A DNA stretch of 64,000 nt, taken from NCBI GenBank assembly GCA_050014195.1, contig JBEKDT010000016.1, forward strand, positions 1-64,000. The letters are read 5' to 3'. This DNA comes from Desulfomonilia bacterium (GTDB lineage Bacteria; Desulfobacterota; Desulfomonilia; UBA1062). Positions 46,826 through 58,747 of the stretch are shown here, piece by piece (position 1 is the first letter of the stretch; each line of letters opens with the position of its first letter). A program made the translations under genes and the position numbers. The notes below the pieces were generated by a model. It was not told where the DNA came from, made no database searches, and saw only the letters and a list, made by a program, of their open reading frames with translations.

Positions 46826-48334
46826 TCATTTTGTTTCCATCATCATGCCCTTTTCAGGGATGCCGATTGGCAGCTTGTCGTCGTTGCCGGGTCCATGAGA
46901 ATGATTGTCAGTGGAGGATTGCAGGGCTTCAGCGCTCCAGCCGCCGCCGAGGGCTTTAATGAGGAGTACGCTGGCGGTCAGCCGGTTGCCGGTGATACTG
47001 ATGGCGGTCCTCTTGTTGTTCAACTCGGTAATCCGGGTAACGATAACGTCCAGCGCACTGGCCGTGCCCGCTTTATACTGGTTGGTGGTCACCATCACGG
47101 ACTGCTGCGCAGCCGTTACCGCCTCATCCTGTACCCCGGCTTCTTCCTCCAGGATGCGCAGTGCAGCCAGATTGTCTTCCACCTCTTGAAATCCGGTAAG
47201 CACGGTCTGCCGGTAGGATGCCACATTTGCATCATAGGCGGCCCGCGCCTGTTCGGTCTGGGCTTTTCTCAAACCGCCATCGTACACGGTCTCCATGCTT
47301 GCAGGCCCGACCGACCAGAAGCGGCTCGGCCAGGTAAGCCAATCAGCGCTGCCGGCGCTTTGATATCCGCCCGATGCGCTCAAAGTGATTGCAGGGTAAT
47401 ATGCGGCCTGGGCCACCCCGATCTGGGCATTCGCAGCAGCCATGCGTCTCTCGGCGGCTGCAACATCGGGTCTCCGTTCGAGGAGCTCAGAGGGCATCCC
47501 TACGGGTATGGGTGGCAGGTCGGCTGCAAGCTGCATAACGGGTATGGAAAAGTCGGACGCCGGTTTTCCGACCAGCAGGGCAATGGCATGTTCAATCTGA
47601 GCCCGCTGCACGCCGATGTCGATAGCCTGGGCCTGGGTGGTCTTGAGCTGTGTCTGGGCCTGGAGGATATCAGCCCGGGACGCTACACCGCTCGCATAGC
47701 GGTTCATCGTCAGATCGAGGAATCTCTGATAAGCGCTCGCTGCCGTATCAAGGAGCTGTTTCTGTGCATCCAGGTCCTGCAACTGGAAGTAGTCCTGCGC
47801 AAGCTCGGCCTGAGCACTCAAGCGAGCCGATTCGAGATCCGCCGCGCTTGCCTGGGCGTTCGCCTCGCCGGACTCTACGCTGCGGCGGACCTTACCCCAG
47901 ATATCCGGTTCCCAGGATGCATCGAAAGACAGTAAATAGTCCGAGACAATGCCGGAGGACGAGCCGCCTGAAACAGTATTGGAAGAACTCCGGGAGCGCG
48001 TATACGAGGCCCCTGCCGAAAGGGTCGGAAAGTAGGCTGCTCGGGCAGCCTGAACCAGGGCGCGGGCTTGACGGAACTGCGCCTCGGCAGCCGCCACATT
48101 CTGATTCGAAATATTGACGGTCTCTTCGAGGGCATTCAGCCCGGCATCGTTGAACATCTCCCACCATTTCCCGCGGATCACGCCTTCTCTGGGCTGGGCC
48201 TCCTTCCAGCCTTTCATTTCTTTGTAGGACTCGGGTGTTGGTGCAGAAGGTTTCACATAGTCGGGACCAACGGCGCAGCCGAAAAGCATCACCAGTCCGA
48301 TCATAACAATGCTTCGATGCGTTTGTTTATTCAT
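46826..48334 (-). CDS. NodT/OprM-family outer membrane efflux lipoprotein
   Basis: [41 protein letters not shown]. Confidence 0.92.
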   Translation of the reverse strand: MNKQTHRSIVMIGLVMLFGCAVGPDYVKPSAPTPESYKEMKGWKEAQPREGVIRGKWWEMFNDAGLNALEETVNISNQNVAAAEAQFRQARALVQAARAAYFPTLSAGASYTRSRSSSNTVSGGSSSGIVSDYLLSFDASWEPDIWGKVRRSVESGEANAQASAADLESARLSAQAELAQDYFQLQDLDAQKQLLDTAASAYQRFLDLTMNRYASGVASRADILQAQTQLKTTQAQAIDIGVQRAQIEHAIALLVGKPASDFSIPVMQLAADLPPIPVGMPSELLERRPDVAAAERRMAAANAQIGVAQAAYYPAITLSASGGYQSAGSADWLTWPSRFWSVGPASMETVYDGGLRKAQTEQARAAYDANVASYRQTVLTGFQEVEDNLAALRILEEEAGVQDEAVTAAQQSVMVTTNQYKAGTASALDVIVTRITELNNKRTAISITGNRLTASVLLIKALGGGWSAEALQSSTDNHSHGPGNDDKLPIGIPEKGMMMETK

Positions 48335-51300
48335 CTTTGGATCCCTCCAGTCTCCCCCATTACCAGAGTATTTGCCCGGCCTTTGCGGCCTTTCGTGGAC
48401 AGACACCACAGCCTGAAACGGTCAAGGTATAAATAGACGACCGGCGTGGTGTATAAGGTAAGCATCTGGCTAACGATCAGTCCTCCGACAATGGAAATAC
48501 CCAGCGGTCGACGCAATTCGGCCCCGTCCCCGGCGCTGAGCATGAGCGGTATCGCACCAAGCAGAGCCGCCATGGTCGTCATCATGATGGGCCGGAAACG
48601 AATCAGGCATGCCTCGTATATGGCCTCCCTGGAGTTTTTCCCTTGTTTGCGTTCCACATCCAGGGCGAAGTCGATCATCATAATGGCGTTCTTCTTCACG
48701 ATACCGATCAGCAGGATGACCCCGATCAGCGCCATGATGCTGAAATCCGTCCGGGATATCATGAGCGCAAGGATGGCCCCGACGCCGGCTGAGGGCAATG
48801 TGGATATAATGGTGATAGGATGTACATAGCTTTCATACAGGATGCCGAGCACAATATAGATAGTGAACAAAGCTGCAAGGATCAGCCAGGGCTGGCTTTG
48901 CAGGGATGCCTGAAATGTCCGGGCCGTTCCCTGGAAGCTGGCCCTTATGGAGCCCGGCACACCGATGCGGACCGTCGCATCGCTGATGGCTTTCGTTGCA
49001 TCCGAGAGCGATATGCCGACAGGCAGGTTAAAAGAGATCGTGGAAGCTGCGAACTGCCCCTGGTGATTGACCGCCAAGGGCGTATTGTTCAGGGCGTAGG
49101 AAGCAAAGGCCGGAAGCGGCACTTGGGCTCCCCCCGGAAACTGTGTGCTGGTAGGCACACGCATGTATACATCACGGAGCGCCTCGGAACTCTGCCCATA
49201 CTGTGGCGCCACTTCCATAACGACCCGGTACTGATTAAGCGGATTATAGATTATGGACACCTCCCGCTGACCAAAGGAGTCATTCAGGGTTGCATCGATG
49301 AGCGCCGGTGTCACCCCCATGCGCGACGCTGCATCGCGGTCAATGGCGACAGCGGTTTGAAGGCCCCGGTCCTGCTCGTCCGTGTTGACATCCACCAGTT
49401 GAGGGAGCCCTCCCAGGGCATTCTGGATCTTTTTCCCCCAGGTTCTCAGTTCGGTGAGATCTTCGGCTTGGAGGGTATACTGGTACATGGCGCCGGATGA
49501 GCGTCCGCCGACCCGGATATCCTGCACCGACTGCAGGAATAATCGTGCGCCGGGTTCCCTGGCCAGTTTAGGCCGCAGTCGCGCCATCACCTTGTCGGCC
49601 GAATCTTTGCGTTCGCTGCGCGATTTCAAGGACACGAACATGAAGCCGGAGTTGGTCTGGCCGCCTCCCGTGAAGCCGGCGACACTATCGACGGCCGGGT
49701 CCTTCCGGACCACATTCATGATATTGACCAGTTTTTTTTGCATGGCCTGGAAAGAAATGTTCTGGTCGGCCTGGATGCTGCCCGTCAATCGCCCTGTATC
49801 CTGCTGCGGGAAAAACCCCTTCGGGATAACCACGTACAGGTAGATGTTCAGGCACACCGTTAAGAGCAAAAGGAGCATCATAAAAGGCCCGTGCGCGAGC
49901 GCCCAGCCGAGCGAGCGCTCATACCGGTTAAGCAAACCCGTAAACAAACGTTCACCTCTCCGGTAAAACCACCCGCGTTTCAGATCATCTCCGGTTTTGA
50001 GAAGGCGTGCACACATCATCGGTGTCGTTGTAAGAGAGACAACGAGTGATACGAGGACCGCCACCGAGAGTGTCACTGCGAACTCGCGAAATATCCTGCC
50101 GATGACACCGCCCATGAGCAGGATGGGAATAAAAACCGCAATCAGGGAGAGACTCATGGACAGCACCGTGAATCCGACTTCGCGCGCCCCGAGGAGAGCG
50201 GCTTTAAAAGGCTGCATCCCATTTTCGATGTGACGCGAAATGTTTTCCAGCATTACAACGGCATCGTCCACGACGAAGCCGGTGGCTACGGTAAGCGCCA
50301 TCAGTGACAGGTTGTCCAGGCTGTAGTTAAAGAGATACATCACCCCAAACGTACCGATCAAGGATACCGGCACGGCCACACAGGGAATCAGCATGGAGCG
50401 GACGTTGCGCAGGAACAGGAATACCACGAGAATCACCAGGCTCACGGAAATCATCAGGGTGCGCTCGACTTCACGCAGCGATGCCCGGATGGTGGTGGTC
50501 TGGTCTGATGCGATGGTGATCTTGACTGCGCTCGGCACCGAGGCCCTCAACTCCGGCAGGAGGCCATTGACACGATCGACCGTCTCAATGACGTTGGCGC
50601 CCGGCTGCTTGCTGATAATCAGCAAGACGGAGGGTTTGCCATTGTACAGGCCGGCGTTGCGCAAGTCCTGCACGGAATCGACAACCTCGCCCAGATCCTT
50701 AAGCCGCACGGCTGCGCCGTTCTGGTAGCTCACGATCAATGGGATATAATCCTTGGCCGTTTTGCCCTGGTCGTTGGCATATATCTGCCAGTGACGGTCT
50801 CCCTGTTCAACATCGCCCTTGGGTCTGTTGGCATTGGAAGTGACGATCGCCTGGCGCACGGTCTCGAGGCCGATTCCGTAGCGGTTGAGCAGCGTGGGGT
50901 TCAATTCCACCCGGACCGCAGGCAGCGAACTGCCGCCGACGCTCACCTGGCCCACCCCTTTGACTTGAGATATTTTCTGCGCCAGGATGGTGTCGGCTGC
51001 ATCGTATAGCTGGCCACGGGTCATGGTCTCCGAGGTAAGGGCCAGGATCATGATCGGCGCATCAGACGGATTAACCTTGCGGTACGTCGGGTTGCTGGGC
51101 AACCCTGACGGCAGCAGGCTGCGGGCCGCGTTGATCGCCGCCTGCACATCCCGGGCGGCGCCGTCGATATCACGGTCAAGGTCGAATTGTAAGGTGATGC
51201 GCGATGAACCGAGCGAACTGGCGGATGTAATCTCGCTGACACCGGCAATACGGCCGAGCGAGCGTTCAAGGGGCGTAGCCACGGTTGCGGCCATGGTTTC

Positions 51301-51468
51301 CGGACTCGCCCCGGGTAACGAGGCCTGTACGGATATGGTAGGGAAATCCACCTGGGGCAGCGACGCCACGGGCAGGAGGAAAAAGGCGACAATACCGGTG
51401 AGCATCACCCCGAGCGTAAGCAGCGTGGTGGCTACAGGCCGGTGGATGAATGGGGAGGAGAGACTCAT
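48331..51468 (-). CDS. mdtC: RND permease MdtC
   Basis: [39 protein letters not shown]; second of two tandem RND genes. Confidence 0.88.
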   Translation of the reverse strand: MSLSSPFIHRPVATTLLTLGVMLTGIVAFFLLPVASLPQVDFPTISVQASLPGASPETMAATVATPLERSLGRIAGVSEITSASSLGSSRITLQFDLDRDIDGAARDVQAAINAARSLLPSGLPSNPTYRKVNPSDAPIMILALTSETMTRGQLYDAADTILAQKISQVKGVGQVSVGGSSLPAVRVELNPTLLNRYGIGLETVRQAIVTSNANRPKGDVEQGDRHWQIYANDQGKTAKDYIPLIVSYQNGAAVRLKDLGEVVDSVQDLRNAGLYNGKPSVLLIISKQPGANVIETVDRVNGLLPELRASVPSAVKITIASDQTTTIRASLREVERTLMISVSLVILVVFLFLRNVRSMLIPCVAVPVSLIGTFGVMYLFNYSLDNLSLMALTVATGFVVDDAVVMLENISRHIENGMQPFKAALLGAREVGFTVLSMSLSLIAVFIPILLMGGVIGRIFREFAVTLSVAVLVSLVVSLTTTPMMCARLLKTGDDLKRGWFYRRGERLFTGLLNRYERSLGWALAHGPFMMLLLLLTVCLNIYLYVVIPKGFFPQQDTGRLTGSIQADQNISFQAMQKKLVNIMNVVRKDPAVDSVAGFTGGGQTNSGFMFVSLKSRSERKDSADKVMARLRPKLAREPGARLFLQSVQDIRVGGRSSGAMYQYTLQAEDLTELRTWGKKIQNALGGLPQLVDVNTDEQDRGLQTAVAIDRDAASRMGVTPALIDATLNDSFGQREVSIIYNPLNQYRVVMEVAPQYGQSSEALRDVYMRVPTSTQFPGGAQVPLPAFASYALNNTPLAVNHQGQFAASTISFNLPVGISLSDATKAISDATVRIGVPGSIRASFQGTARTFQASLQSQPWLILAALFTIYIVLGILYESYVHPITIISTLPSAGVGAILALMISRTDFSIMALIGVILLIGIVKKNAIMMIDFALDVERKQGKNSREAIYEACLIRFRPIMMTTMAALLGAIPLMLSAGDGAELRRPLGISIVGGLIVSQMLTLYTTPVVYLYLDRFRLWCLSTKGRKGRANTLVMGETGGIQR

Positions 51469-54400
51469 GAATCGGCCCCGCCGGTTTCCTCAAGCATTAC
51501 CGAAGGGTTGTGAGGACCAACAACGCGCCTGCTGAGACGATCGAAGGCCAGGTAGATCACCGGGGTGGTAAAGAGCGTCAGCATCTGGCTGAAGATAAGC
51601 CCTCCCACCATCGTGATACCCAGGGGATGGCGCAGCTCAGAACCGACCCCTGTGCCCAGCATAAGCGGCAAGGCCCCGAGCAGTGCCGACAGGGTGGTCA
51701 TGATAATGGGCCGGAACCTAAGCAGGGCAGCCTGGAATATGGCTTCGCGGGGTGTCTTGCCCTCCTTGCGCTCGGCATCCAGTGCAAAATCGATCATCAT
51801 GATAGCGTTCTTTTTGACAATGCCGATCAAGAGGACGATGCCGATGATGCCGATGATGCCCAGATCCGTGCCGGAAATCATGAGTGCGAGCAGTGCCCCG
51901 ACACCGGCTGAGGGCAGCGTGGAAATGATCGTTATGGGGTGGATGTAACTCTCGTAAAGCACGCCTAATACAATGTATACGGCTACGATGGCGGCGAGAA
52001 TCAGCAGCAGGGTGCTCGAAAGCGAAGACCTGAAAGCCAGCGCAGCACCCTGAAAGCCGGTCTTTACACTGATGGGCATGCCGATTTCCTTCTCGGCCGC
52101 TTCGATTGCCTTGACCGCATCTCCCAGCGAGGCGGTTTCCGCAAGATTGAAAGAGATGGTCGCCGCGGGAAACTGCCCGAGATGGTTGATAACCAGCGGC
52201 GCCGGTTTTTCCAGGATAGTGGCGATGGAACCCAGGGGCACCTGTGTCCCTGTCAATGATGCGATGTAGAGATCGTTAAGCGCCGCCGGCCCCCGCTTAT
52301 ATTCGCTCTGAACCTCAAGCACGACACGGTATTGGTTCGATTGGGTGAAAATCGTGGACACGAGCCGCTGACCGAAGGCGTCGTATAAAATATTATCGAT
52401 GGCTGCGGTCGTGATGCCCATCCGTCCGGCGGCATCATGGTCGATGGCGACGTAGGCCTGCAACCCCTCATCCTGAAGATCACTTGCCACGTCGGTAAGA
52501 TAGGGAGACCGGGTTATCCTCTCGACGAGACGGCCGTTCCACAGGTTCAATTCGTTCGGATCGGCGGTCTCCATGGTAAACTGGTACTGTGTGCGGCTCA
52601 CCCTGTCCTCGATCGTGAGATCCTGCACGGGTTGCATGTAGAGCTCTATGCCTTCAACCTGCATGAGCTTCGGCTGCAGGCGGCGGATGACACCCATCGC
52701 ATCGGCGTCACGTTTGTCCTTGGCCTTGAGATTAATCATTATGCGCCCGCTATTGAGCGTAACATTGGTTCCATCCACGCCGATGAAGGACGATAGACTT
52801 TCCACTGCGGGGTCCTCTAAGATTACCTTGGCCAGGGACTGCTGGCGCTGGGCCATTGCTGAAAACGAGATCGACTGCGGGGCCTCGGATATGCCTTGAA
52901 TCATGCCCGTGTCCTGCACGGGAAAGAAACCCTTGGGGACGATGACATAAAGAAGCACAGTCAAGGCAAGCGTGGCAATGGCCGTCAGTAATATTAACCC
53001 CTGGTGATTGAGAACCCAGGTGAGCATTTTACCATAGCGGGAGATCGTTTTCTCGAAGAACAGGCCGCTGATACGATAAAATCGGCCCTGTTCGGCTTCG
53101 GGGATATGGTGCAGCAGTTTCGCGCACATCATGGGCGTGAGTGTCAGGGAAACAACCGCAGAAATAAGGATGGCAACGGCCAGGGTGATGGCGAATTCGC
53201 GGAACAGCCGGCCCACAACGTCACCCATGAACAAGAGCGGGATCAGCACGGCCACGAGAGAGATGGTAAGCGAGATAATGGTGAAGGCGATCTGCTGCGA
53301 GCCTTTGATCGCCGCTTCAAGGGGGGAGTCGCCCTGCTCGATGTATCTCGATATATTTTCTATGACGACGATGGCGTCATCCACGACGAATCCCGTAGCA
53401 ATGGTAAGCGCCATCAGTGTCAGGTTATTGATGCTGAAACCTGCCAGATACATCACGCCGAAAGTACCGACGAGAGAAAGCGGCACTGCGATGCTTGGTA
53501 TCACGGTGGCCGAGAGGTTGCGCAGAAACAGGAAGATCACCATGATCACGAGCGCCACGGCCAGGAACATTTCGAACTGGACGTCTTTTACGGAAGCCCG
53601 GATGGTGGTGGTGCGGTCGGAGAGCAATTCTACATCCACCGAACTCGGTAAAGACGCCCGCAGTTGCGGCATGATCTTCTTGATACGGTCCACTACTTCG
53701 ATGACGTTTGCGCCGGGTTGACGCTGTATGTTGACGATGACCGCGGGGACATTGTTGCTCCATGCGGCCAGGCGTATATTTTCGGCGTCATCGAGCGTGT
53801 CGGATACGTCGGACAGGTACACCGGCGCTCCATTACGGTAGGCGACAATGAGCCGTTCATAGTCTTTCGCTGCTTTGAGCTGATCGTTGGCATCAATCAT
53901 CGATGCGCGCGCAGGGCCGTCGAAGCTGCCCTTGGCCTGGTTGACATTTGCATTCGTGATGGCGGTGTGCAGGTCTTCGAGGCTCAGATTATAGGCGCCA
54001 AGAGCTTTGGGATTGGCCCGGATGCGGATTGCCGGCCGCTGTCCGCCGCTTATGCTCACCAGGCCGACACCCGGCAATTGCGAGATCTTCTGAGCGAGGC
54101 GCGTATCAACCAGGTCCTGGATTTTCGGCAGCGGCAAAGTTTTGGAGGTGACGGATAAAGTCAGGATCGGTGCGTCGGCGGGATTGACCTTGCTGTAGAT
54201 CGGCGGCATCGGCAGGTCTGTGGGCAGCAGATTACCGGCGGCATTAATGGCGGCCTGCACCTCCTGCTCCGCCACATCAATGGACAGGGACAGACTGAAT
54301 TGCAAGGTGATCACTGATGCCCCGCCCGAGCTTGTGGAGGACATCTGATTCAGCCCCGGCATCTGGCCGAACTGGCGCTCCAGCGGTGCGGTAATGGATG

Positions 54401-54581
54401 AGGTGACCACGTCCGGACTTGCGCCCGGATAAAGCGTGACGACCTGGATCGTCGGGTAGTCCACCTGGGGAAGGGCCGAGATCGACAGCACGTTGTACGC
54501 TATAATGCCCGACAGGAAAATGGCAGTCATGAGTAAGGATGTTGCGACAGGCCGCTCGATGAAAGGACGGGAGGGATTCAT
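51465..54581 (-). CDS. mdtB: RND permease MdtB
   Basis: [48 protein letters not shown]. Confidence 0.9.
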   Translation of the reverse strand: MNPSRPFIERPVATSLLMTAIFLSGIIAYNVLSISALPQVDYPTIQVVTLYPGASPDVVTSSITAPLERQFGQMPGLNQMSSTSSGGASVITLQFSLSLSIDVAEQEVQAAINAAGNLLPTDLPMPPIYSKVNPADAPILTLSVTSKTLPLPKIQDLVDTRLAQKISQLPGVGLVSISGGQRPAIRIRANPKALGAYNLSLEDLHTAITNANVNQAKGSFDGPARASMIDANDQLKAAKDYERLIVAYRNGAPVYLSDVSDTLDDAENIRLAAWSNNVPAVIVNIQRQPGANVIEVVDRIKKIMPQLRASLPSSVDVELLSDRTTTIRASVKDVQFEMFLAVALVIMVIFLFLRNLSATVIPSIAVPLSLVGTFGVMYLAGFSINNLTLMALTIATGFVVDDAIVVIENISRYIEQGDSPLEAAIKGSQQIAFTIISLTISLVAVLIPLLFMGDVVGRLFREFAITLAVAILISAVVSLTLTPMMCAKLLHHIPEAEQGRFYRISGLFFEKTISRYGKMLTWVLNHQGLILLTAIATLALTVLLYVIVPKGFFPVQDTGMIQGISEAPQSISFSAMAQRQQSLAKVILEDPAVESLSSFIGVDGTNVTLNSGRIMINLKAKDKRDADAMGVIRRLQPKLMQVEGIELYMQPVQDLTIEDRVSRTQYQFTMETADPNELNLWNGRLVERITRSPYLTDVASDLQDEGLQAYVAIDHDAAGRMGITTAAIDNILYDAFGQRLVSTIFTQSNQYRVVLEVQSEYKRGPAALNDLYIASLTGTQVPLGSIATILEKPAPLVINHLGQFPAATISFNLAETASLGDAVKAIEAAEKEIGMPISVKTGFQGAALAFRSSLSSTLLLILAAIVAVYIVLGVLYESYIHPITIISTLPSAGVGALLALMISGTDLGIIGIIGIVLLIGIVKKNAIMMIDFALDAERKEGKTPREAIFQAALLRFRPIIMTTLSALLGALPLMLGTGVGSELRHPLGITMVGGLIFSQMLTLFTTPVIYLAFDRLSRRVVGPHNPSVMLEETGGADS

Positions 54582-54648
54582 AAGGTTGTCTGTTTCAATA
54601 CGTCAGTGCGGCAATGCCGGCAATGATTGTGTGCACCATAGCTCGGTC

Positions 54649-55926
54649 CTATCCTTTAGCCTTTCCCTTGGGGACACCATTACGGGAATTCTTTTTTCCC
54701 TTTGCAGGAGTGCCTGCGGCCTCGTTCGTGACGATCGCCACCTTAGTGCCTTCGCGAAGTTTGTCCCCTCCAACCACGACAACAAATTCTCCCGGTGCCA
54801 GACCGTTTAAGACGGCGACGCTTTCACCTTCCGTGGGACCAAGCTGCAATTGACGCACATTTATGCTCTTGTCCGGCCTTACGACATAGGCAAAGGTTCC
54901 GATGGAACCGCGCTGAGTGGCCGCTGTGGGCATGACGGTCACACCGGACAGGGTATCAACTTTCATAACGGCATTGACAAATTGGTTGGGAAAAAGCGCA
55001 TTATCCTTGTTTGCGAACGTGGCTTTGAGTTTCACGGTTCCCGTGGTTGTGTCAATCTGGTTGTCGATGGCCAGCAGTGTCCCTTTGGCCAAAAGGGTTT
55101 TACCATCCTGACTGTAAGCGTAGGCAGGCAACACTTCTCCCGTGCGCAGTCGTTTCATGATGGCGGGCAGATTATCCTGCGGCACTGAAAATACAACAGT
55201 GACCGGTTGGAGCTGCGTTATCACCGCCATCCCGTTCACATCGGAGGGTTGAACCATATTCCCCTGGTCCACCAGCCGCAAACCGATACGCCCCGATACC
55301 GGGGCAATAACCCGCGAATAGGTGAGTTGCAGCTTTGCGTTGGCGATCTGCCCCTGGTCTGTCTTTACAGCCCCCTTGTATTGCTGCACGAGCGATTCCT
55401 GGGTGGACACCTGCTGCTCGGGGATGGAATCCTGTTTCAGCAGCAGCTTGTAACGTTCCAGGTCTTTCTCGGCATTCATCAATAGCGATTCATCGCGGGC
55501 AAGCTGCCCTTCGGCTTGCATGAGCTGGACCTCAAAGGGCCTGGGGTCTATCTCGGCCAGCAACATACCCTCCTTAACAACCTGTCCCTCCTCGAAATGC
55601 ACCCGTAAAAGCTGCCCGCTGACCTGGGATCGCACCGTGACTGTGTTCACGGGTATTACGGTGCCGAGGCCTCTCAGATTGATATCCATATCCGCCTTTC
55701 TGGCCGCCACGGCCATCACCGGCAGTGGACGCTGAGCATCATTTAAGGCCTTGGCGCGAGCCACGGCCTGAGTTGCCGCATGCATCAGGAAGAGCTTGTA
55801 AACTACGGCGGCGATACAGACGACGATCACGAGCCAGATCCATCGACTTCGCATCATTTTAGAAAACAGATGCGTTCCTTTCATGCTCGGTTGTTGAGTG
55901 GGCTCATTCTCTTGGGGCGGATTCAT
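54649..55926 (-). CDS. mdtA: RND adaptor MdtA
   Basis: LGTV..NTVTVRSQVSG, IDPRPF, GRIGLRLVD, IDNQIDTTTGTVKLKA, LFPNQF. Confidence 0.88.
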   Translation of the reverse strand: MNPPQENEPTQQPSMKGTHLFSKMMRSRWIWLVIVVCIAAVVYKLFLMHAATQAVARAKALNDAQRPLPVMAVAARKADMDINLRGLGTVIPVNTVTVRSQVSGQLLRVHFEEGQVVKEGMLLAEIDPRPFEVQLMQAEGQLARDESLLMNAEKDLERYKLLLKQDSIPEQQVSTQESLVQQYKGAVKTDQGQIANAKLQLTYSRVIAPVSGRIGLRLVDQGNMVQPSDVNGMAVITQLQPVTVVFSVPQDNLPAIMKRLRTGEVLPAYAYSQDGKTLLAKGTLLAIDNQIDTTTGTVKLKATFANKDNALFPNQFVNAVMKVDTLSGVTVMPTAATQRGSIGTFAYVVRPDKSINVRQLQLGPTEGESVAVLNGLAPGEFVVVVGGDKLREGTKVAIVTNEAAGTPAKGKKNSRNGVPKGKAKG

Positions 55927-56141
55927 TTTACTCCCTCGCTCCAGTAAATTCTTTGGACCACAAATTAATGACTATACTTAATTAATACCACTTTGTTGAG
56001 AAACAATAACATCACGTTTATGTGTTTCCCCTATTGCCTTTTTGTCTCAATACTCCTTGGTCCGGATCATCTTCACCCGCGCCTGATGATGATTGCCAGC
56101 ACAATATCCCAAATATCTTAATACCTCAATGGTCACGCGGG

Positions 56142-56987
56142 TTAAGGTGTTTCAACCCGAGATGCTATGCCTACAAATTCGGTTACCGTGTTATCACCCC
56201 AATTGGCAACCCAAACATTGCCTGAATCGTCTATGGCGATGCCGTATGGTTTGCTGCCTACAGCATAAGTCCCTTTAAGCACGCCCGAAGAACTGAATTC
56301 GGTTACATTGTTATTGGTACTACTGACAACCCACATATTGCCTGAACCATCTATGGCTATGCCTGTTGGACCGGCGCTCACAGTAAAAGTTCCTAAAACT
56401 GCTCCGGCAGAACTGAGCTCGGTTACACTGTCACTGCCCTGACTGGTAACCCATAAATTGCCTGAACCGTCTATGGCTATGCCTGTTGGATTGGTGCTCA
56501 CAGTAAACGTTTCTAAAACTGTGCCGGTAGAACTGAGCTCGGTAACATTGTTGCTGCCCTGATTGGTAACCCAAACATTGCCTGAATCGTCTATGGCTAT
56601 GCCATATGGCTCGCTGCCTACAGGATAAGTATGAGGAGCTTGCGGCGTAGCGATTATCATTGAGCCTCCAGTTTCATATCCCGCGCTATTCACCACCCTT
56701 ACTTCAAAGATGTATGTGGTGCCGTTTGTAAGACCTGTAGCGGTAAAACTTGTATTTGTTGTTGAACCAATCTCTGTGTAAGGTCCTTCAAAAATGGTGG
56801 CTTCATATACATTATAACTTGTTGCGCCGGTTGATGCGGTCCATGAAAGGTTTATTTGGCTGGAAGATGCCGCAGCTGCAGTCAGCCCTGTCGGCGTTGT
56901 GGCAGATTCGGAGCCTTTGCAGCCATTCAGAACCATAGATAAACATACAACAAAGAAGCAGACCAAGACGACCCTGAGCTTTTCTAT
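56142..56987 (-). CDS. Lipoprotein with a fibronectin-III domain and four NHL/YVTN-like 40-aa repeats
   Basis: Lipobox LNGC; PTGLTA..INLSW..YNVY..TGLTNGTTY; four P.GIAID.SGN.WV repeats at 120-bp period. Start uncertain. Confidence 0.75.
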   Translation of the reverse strand: MEKLRVVLVCFFVVCLSMVLNGCKGSESATTPTGLTAAAASSSQINLSWTASTGATSYNVYEATIFEGPYTEIGSTTNTSFTATGLTNGTTYIFEVRVVNSAGYETGGSMIIATPQAPHTYPVGSEPYGIAIDDSGNVWVTNQGSNNVTELSSTGTVLETFTVSTNPTGIAIDGSGNLWVTSQGSDSVTELSSAGAVLGTFTVSAGPTGIAIDGSGNMWVVSSTNNNVTEFSSSGVLKGTYAVGSKPYGIAIDDSGNVWVANWGDNTVTEFVGIASRVETP

Positions 56988-57138
56988 AACTTTCCTCTTT
57001 CGTAAATTACTGTAATGAAGTTTCGCACATAATATCAACATAAGTATAATCGAGGTATTCTCAAGGGGATCCATAAGGTAAAAGAATGAATCAAAGTCAG
57101 TATCTGATGGGAACAGCCGATTTGACAACATAGCAAAA

Positions 57139-57333
57139 TTAACCGATCAAGAGGCGGCCCTTTTTGTTGGAATACTTTGAAGTGGCTTCTTTGCGCATCT
57201 CCTGGGCCATATGATCAAAAATCTCTTTGGAGAAATTTATAACGTCTTTATTCGTGAACCCGTTGCGGATGAGTTCGCGGTAAAGGCTCTTGGCTAGTAT
57301 CTTGGTGGCTTTATCCGTATCCATATTCTTCAA
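57139..57333 (-). CDS. Small hypothetical protein
   Basis: 64-aa helical ORF (KILAKSLYRELIRNGF) co-oriented between two lipoprotein genes. Confidence 0.55.
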   Translation of the reverse strand: MKNMDTDKATKILAKSLYRELIRNGFTNKDVINFSKEIFDHMAQEMRKEATSKYSNKKGRLLIG

Positions 57334-57364
57334 TCTTATGTAGAGATTTTCTTTGCGTTTAAGA

Positions 57365-57988
57365 CTACTGAACGGTCACGATAACCGAGGCTTGCTTTTG
57401 TTCCCCACTTCCGTCGGTCACCGTGAGCGTCACCGTATAAGTGCCGGCAGTGCTGAATATTATTGAGCCGGGATTCTGCGCAGTGCTGTTGGTCGCCCCT
57501 CCGTCAAAGTCCCACAGATAGGTGTATGGGCTTGTCCCATTGAACACCGTACTCTGGAAATTCACCGACTGTCCTGCAGAAATCGTTACATCCCCTGAGG
57601 GTGAGGTTATACTTACTATATATGCCGATGAAGGCTGAACGGTCACGACAACCGAGTCTTGCGCTGTAGCTCCACTGCTGTCAGTCACCGTGAGATTAAC
57701 CGTATATGTCCCGGCAGTGCTGAATGATATCAAGCCGGGATTCTGCACAGGGCTGTCGGTTGCGCCACCTCCGAAGTCCCACTGGTAGGTGTATGGGCTT
57801 GAGCCATTGGATACCGAGCATTCGAAATCCACCGACTGTCCTGCATAAATAGTTGTATCAGCCGAGGGTGAGGTTATATTCACTGTAAGGTTATTCTGCC
57901 CACCTCCAAGGTTGCACCCTGCAATAAGCATTACAGTGGAGAAGATTCCGAATGCCCGTGTGATCATTGACAGTCTTGCTTTATCCAT
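57365..57988 (-). CDS. Lipoprotein with two PKD domains
   Basis: Lipobox IAGC; two YxWDFxGG...GTYTVxLTVTD repeats at about 267-bp period. Confidence 0.85.
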   Translation of the reverse strand: MDKARLSMITRAFGIFSTVMLIAGCNLGGGQNNLTVNITSPSADTTIYAGQSVDFECSVSNGSSPYTYQWDFGGGATDSPVQNPGLISFSTAGTYTVNLTVTDSSGATAQDSVVVTVQPSSAYIVSITSPSGDVTISAGQSVNFQSTVFNGTSPYTYLWDFDGGATNSTAQNPGSIIFSTAGTYTVTLTVTDGSGEQKQASVIVTVQ

Positions 57989-58142
57989 TGATGATACCCC
58001 TTAGGTACAAAGCAGTTTTCATATCCGATACTATAAGATCATCAATACCGGAAGTAAACCCTGTGTCGATGGAGTATCTCATGGACTTTTTAGCTATAAA
58101 GACCTTATTCATGAACCTATGTTACCGGAAAGAGGTTAACTC

Positions 58143-58664
58143 TTACTGTTCCTTAGGCTCATGACGGAATTCTTTACCCTGGGGCGAATGCCGCTTTCCC
58201 TTCATCTCGTGAAACTTGGCCATAAGACGGTGAAAACGATCCGGGCCGAGAATCCTTCTCATACCAAGCATGTACATGATATGCTCGTTAGAGATCATTA
58301 ACCTGTCCTCTTCGATAACCTTGTTCTGGGCAAGTACGGATGTCTCATCGACGGTATCCTTCTCAATCATATCATGCAGCTTGAAGCGGTCTTTCATGAG
58401 AGAGCTCTTGAGATCGACAAGCTTATCACGGTTCTTTACGAACAGATCATCCAATGACTGCTTCTCTCCGGTAGTGATACCGAGATCCTTGGACAGCGCT
58501 GGAGACTGCCACCACTTGAAATAGTGCATACCCTGGTGCATTCCACAATGCATATCCTTTGCCTGGGCCTGTACTGCTCCAAAGAGAATCAGTCCTGCTG
58601 AACATATCAGCGTCATCATGAACAAAGACATTTTCCTAGAACTCTTTCCCGTTAGCTCTTTCAT
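58143..58664 (-). CDS. Spy/CpxP/ZraP-like periplasmic helical protein
   Basis: Signal peptide AQA, His/Met-rich N-terminus, WW..P...LGIT, ILGPDRF. Confidence 0.72.
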   Translation of the reverse strand: MKELTGKSSRKMSLFMMTLICSAGLILFGAVQAQAKDMHCGMHQGMHYFKWWQSPALSKDLGITTGEKQSLDDLFVKNRDKLVDLKSSLMKDRFKLHDMIEKDTVDETSVLAQNKVIEEDRLMISNEHIMYMLGMRRILGPDRFHRLMAKFHEMKGKRHSPQGKEFRHEPKEQ

Positions 58665-58685
58665 AGTGCCTCCTGTGTTTTTCTC

Positions 58686-58729
58686 TTTAGCCGTTTAAGA
58701 CGTATGGGATATCCGAAATGTCTACACAG
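58686..58729 (-). promoter_or_regulatory. Conserved 44-bp upstream motif, putative ECF-sigma promoter (copy 1)
   Basis: 39/44 identical to 63801-63844; minus strand reads TGTGTAGACATTT...ACGTC. Confidence 0.55.
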
Positions 58730-58747
58730 TGATTCTTATTGTTAAGA

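Noticed and set aside
46814-47935. 373-aa plus-strand ORF
   Set aside because: Antisense shadow of the NodT-family gene.
56215-56630. Regularly spaced DNA repeats as a CRISPR array
   Set aside because: In-frame 120-bp coding repeats of the NHL-like protein; no unique spacers and no cas genes.
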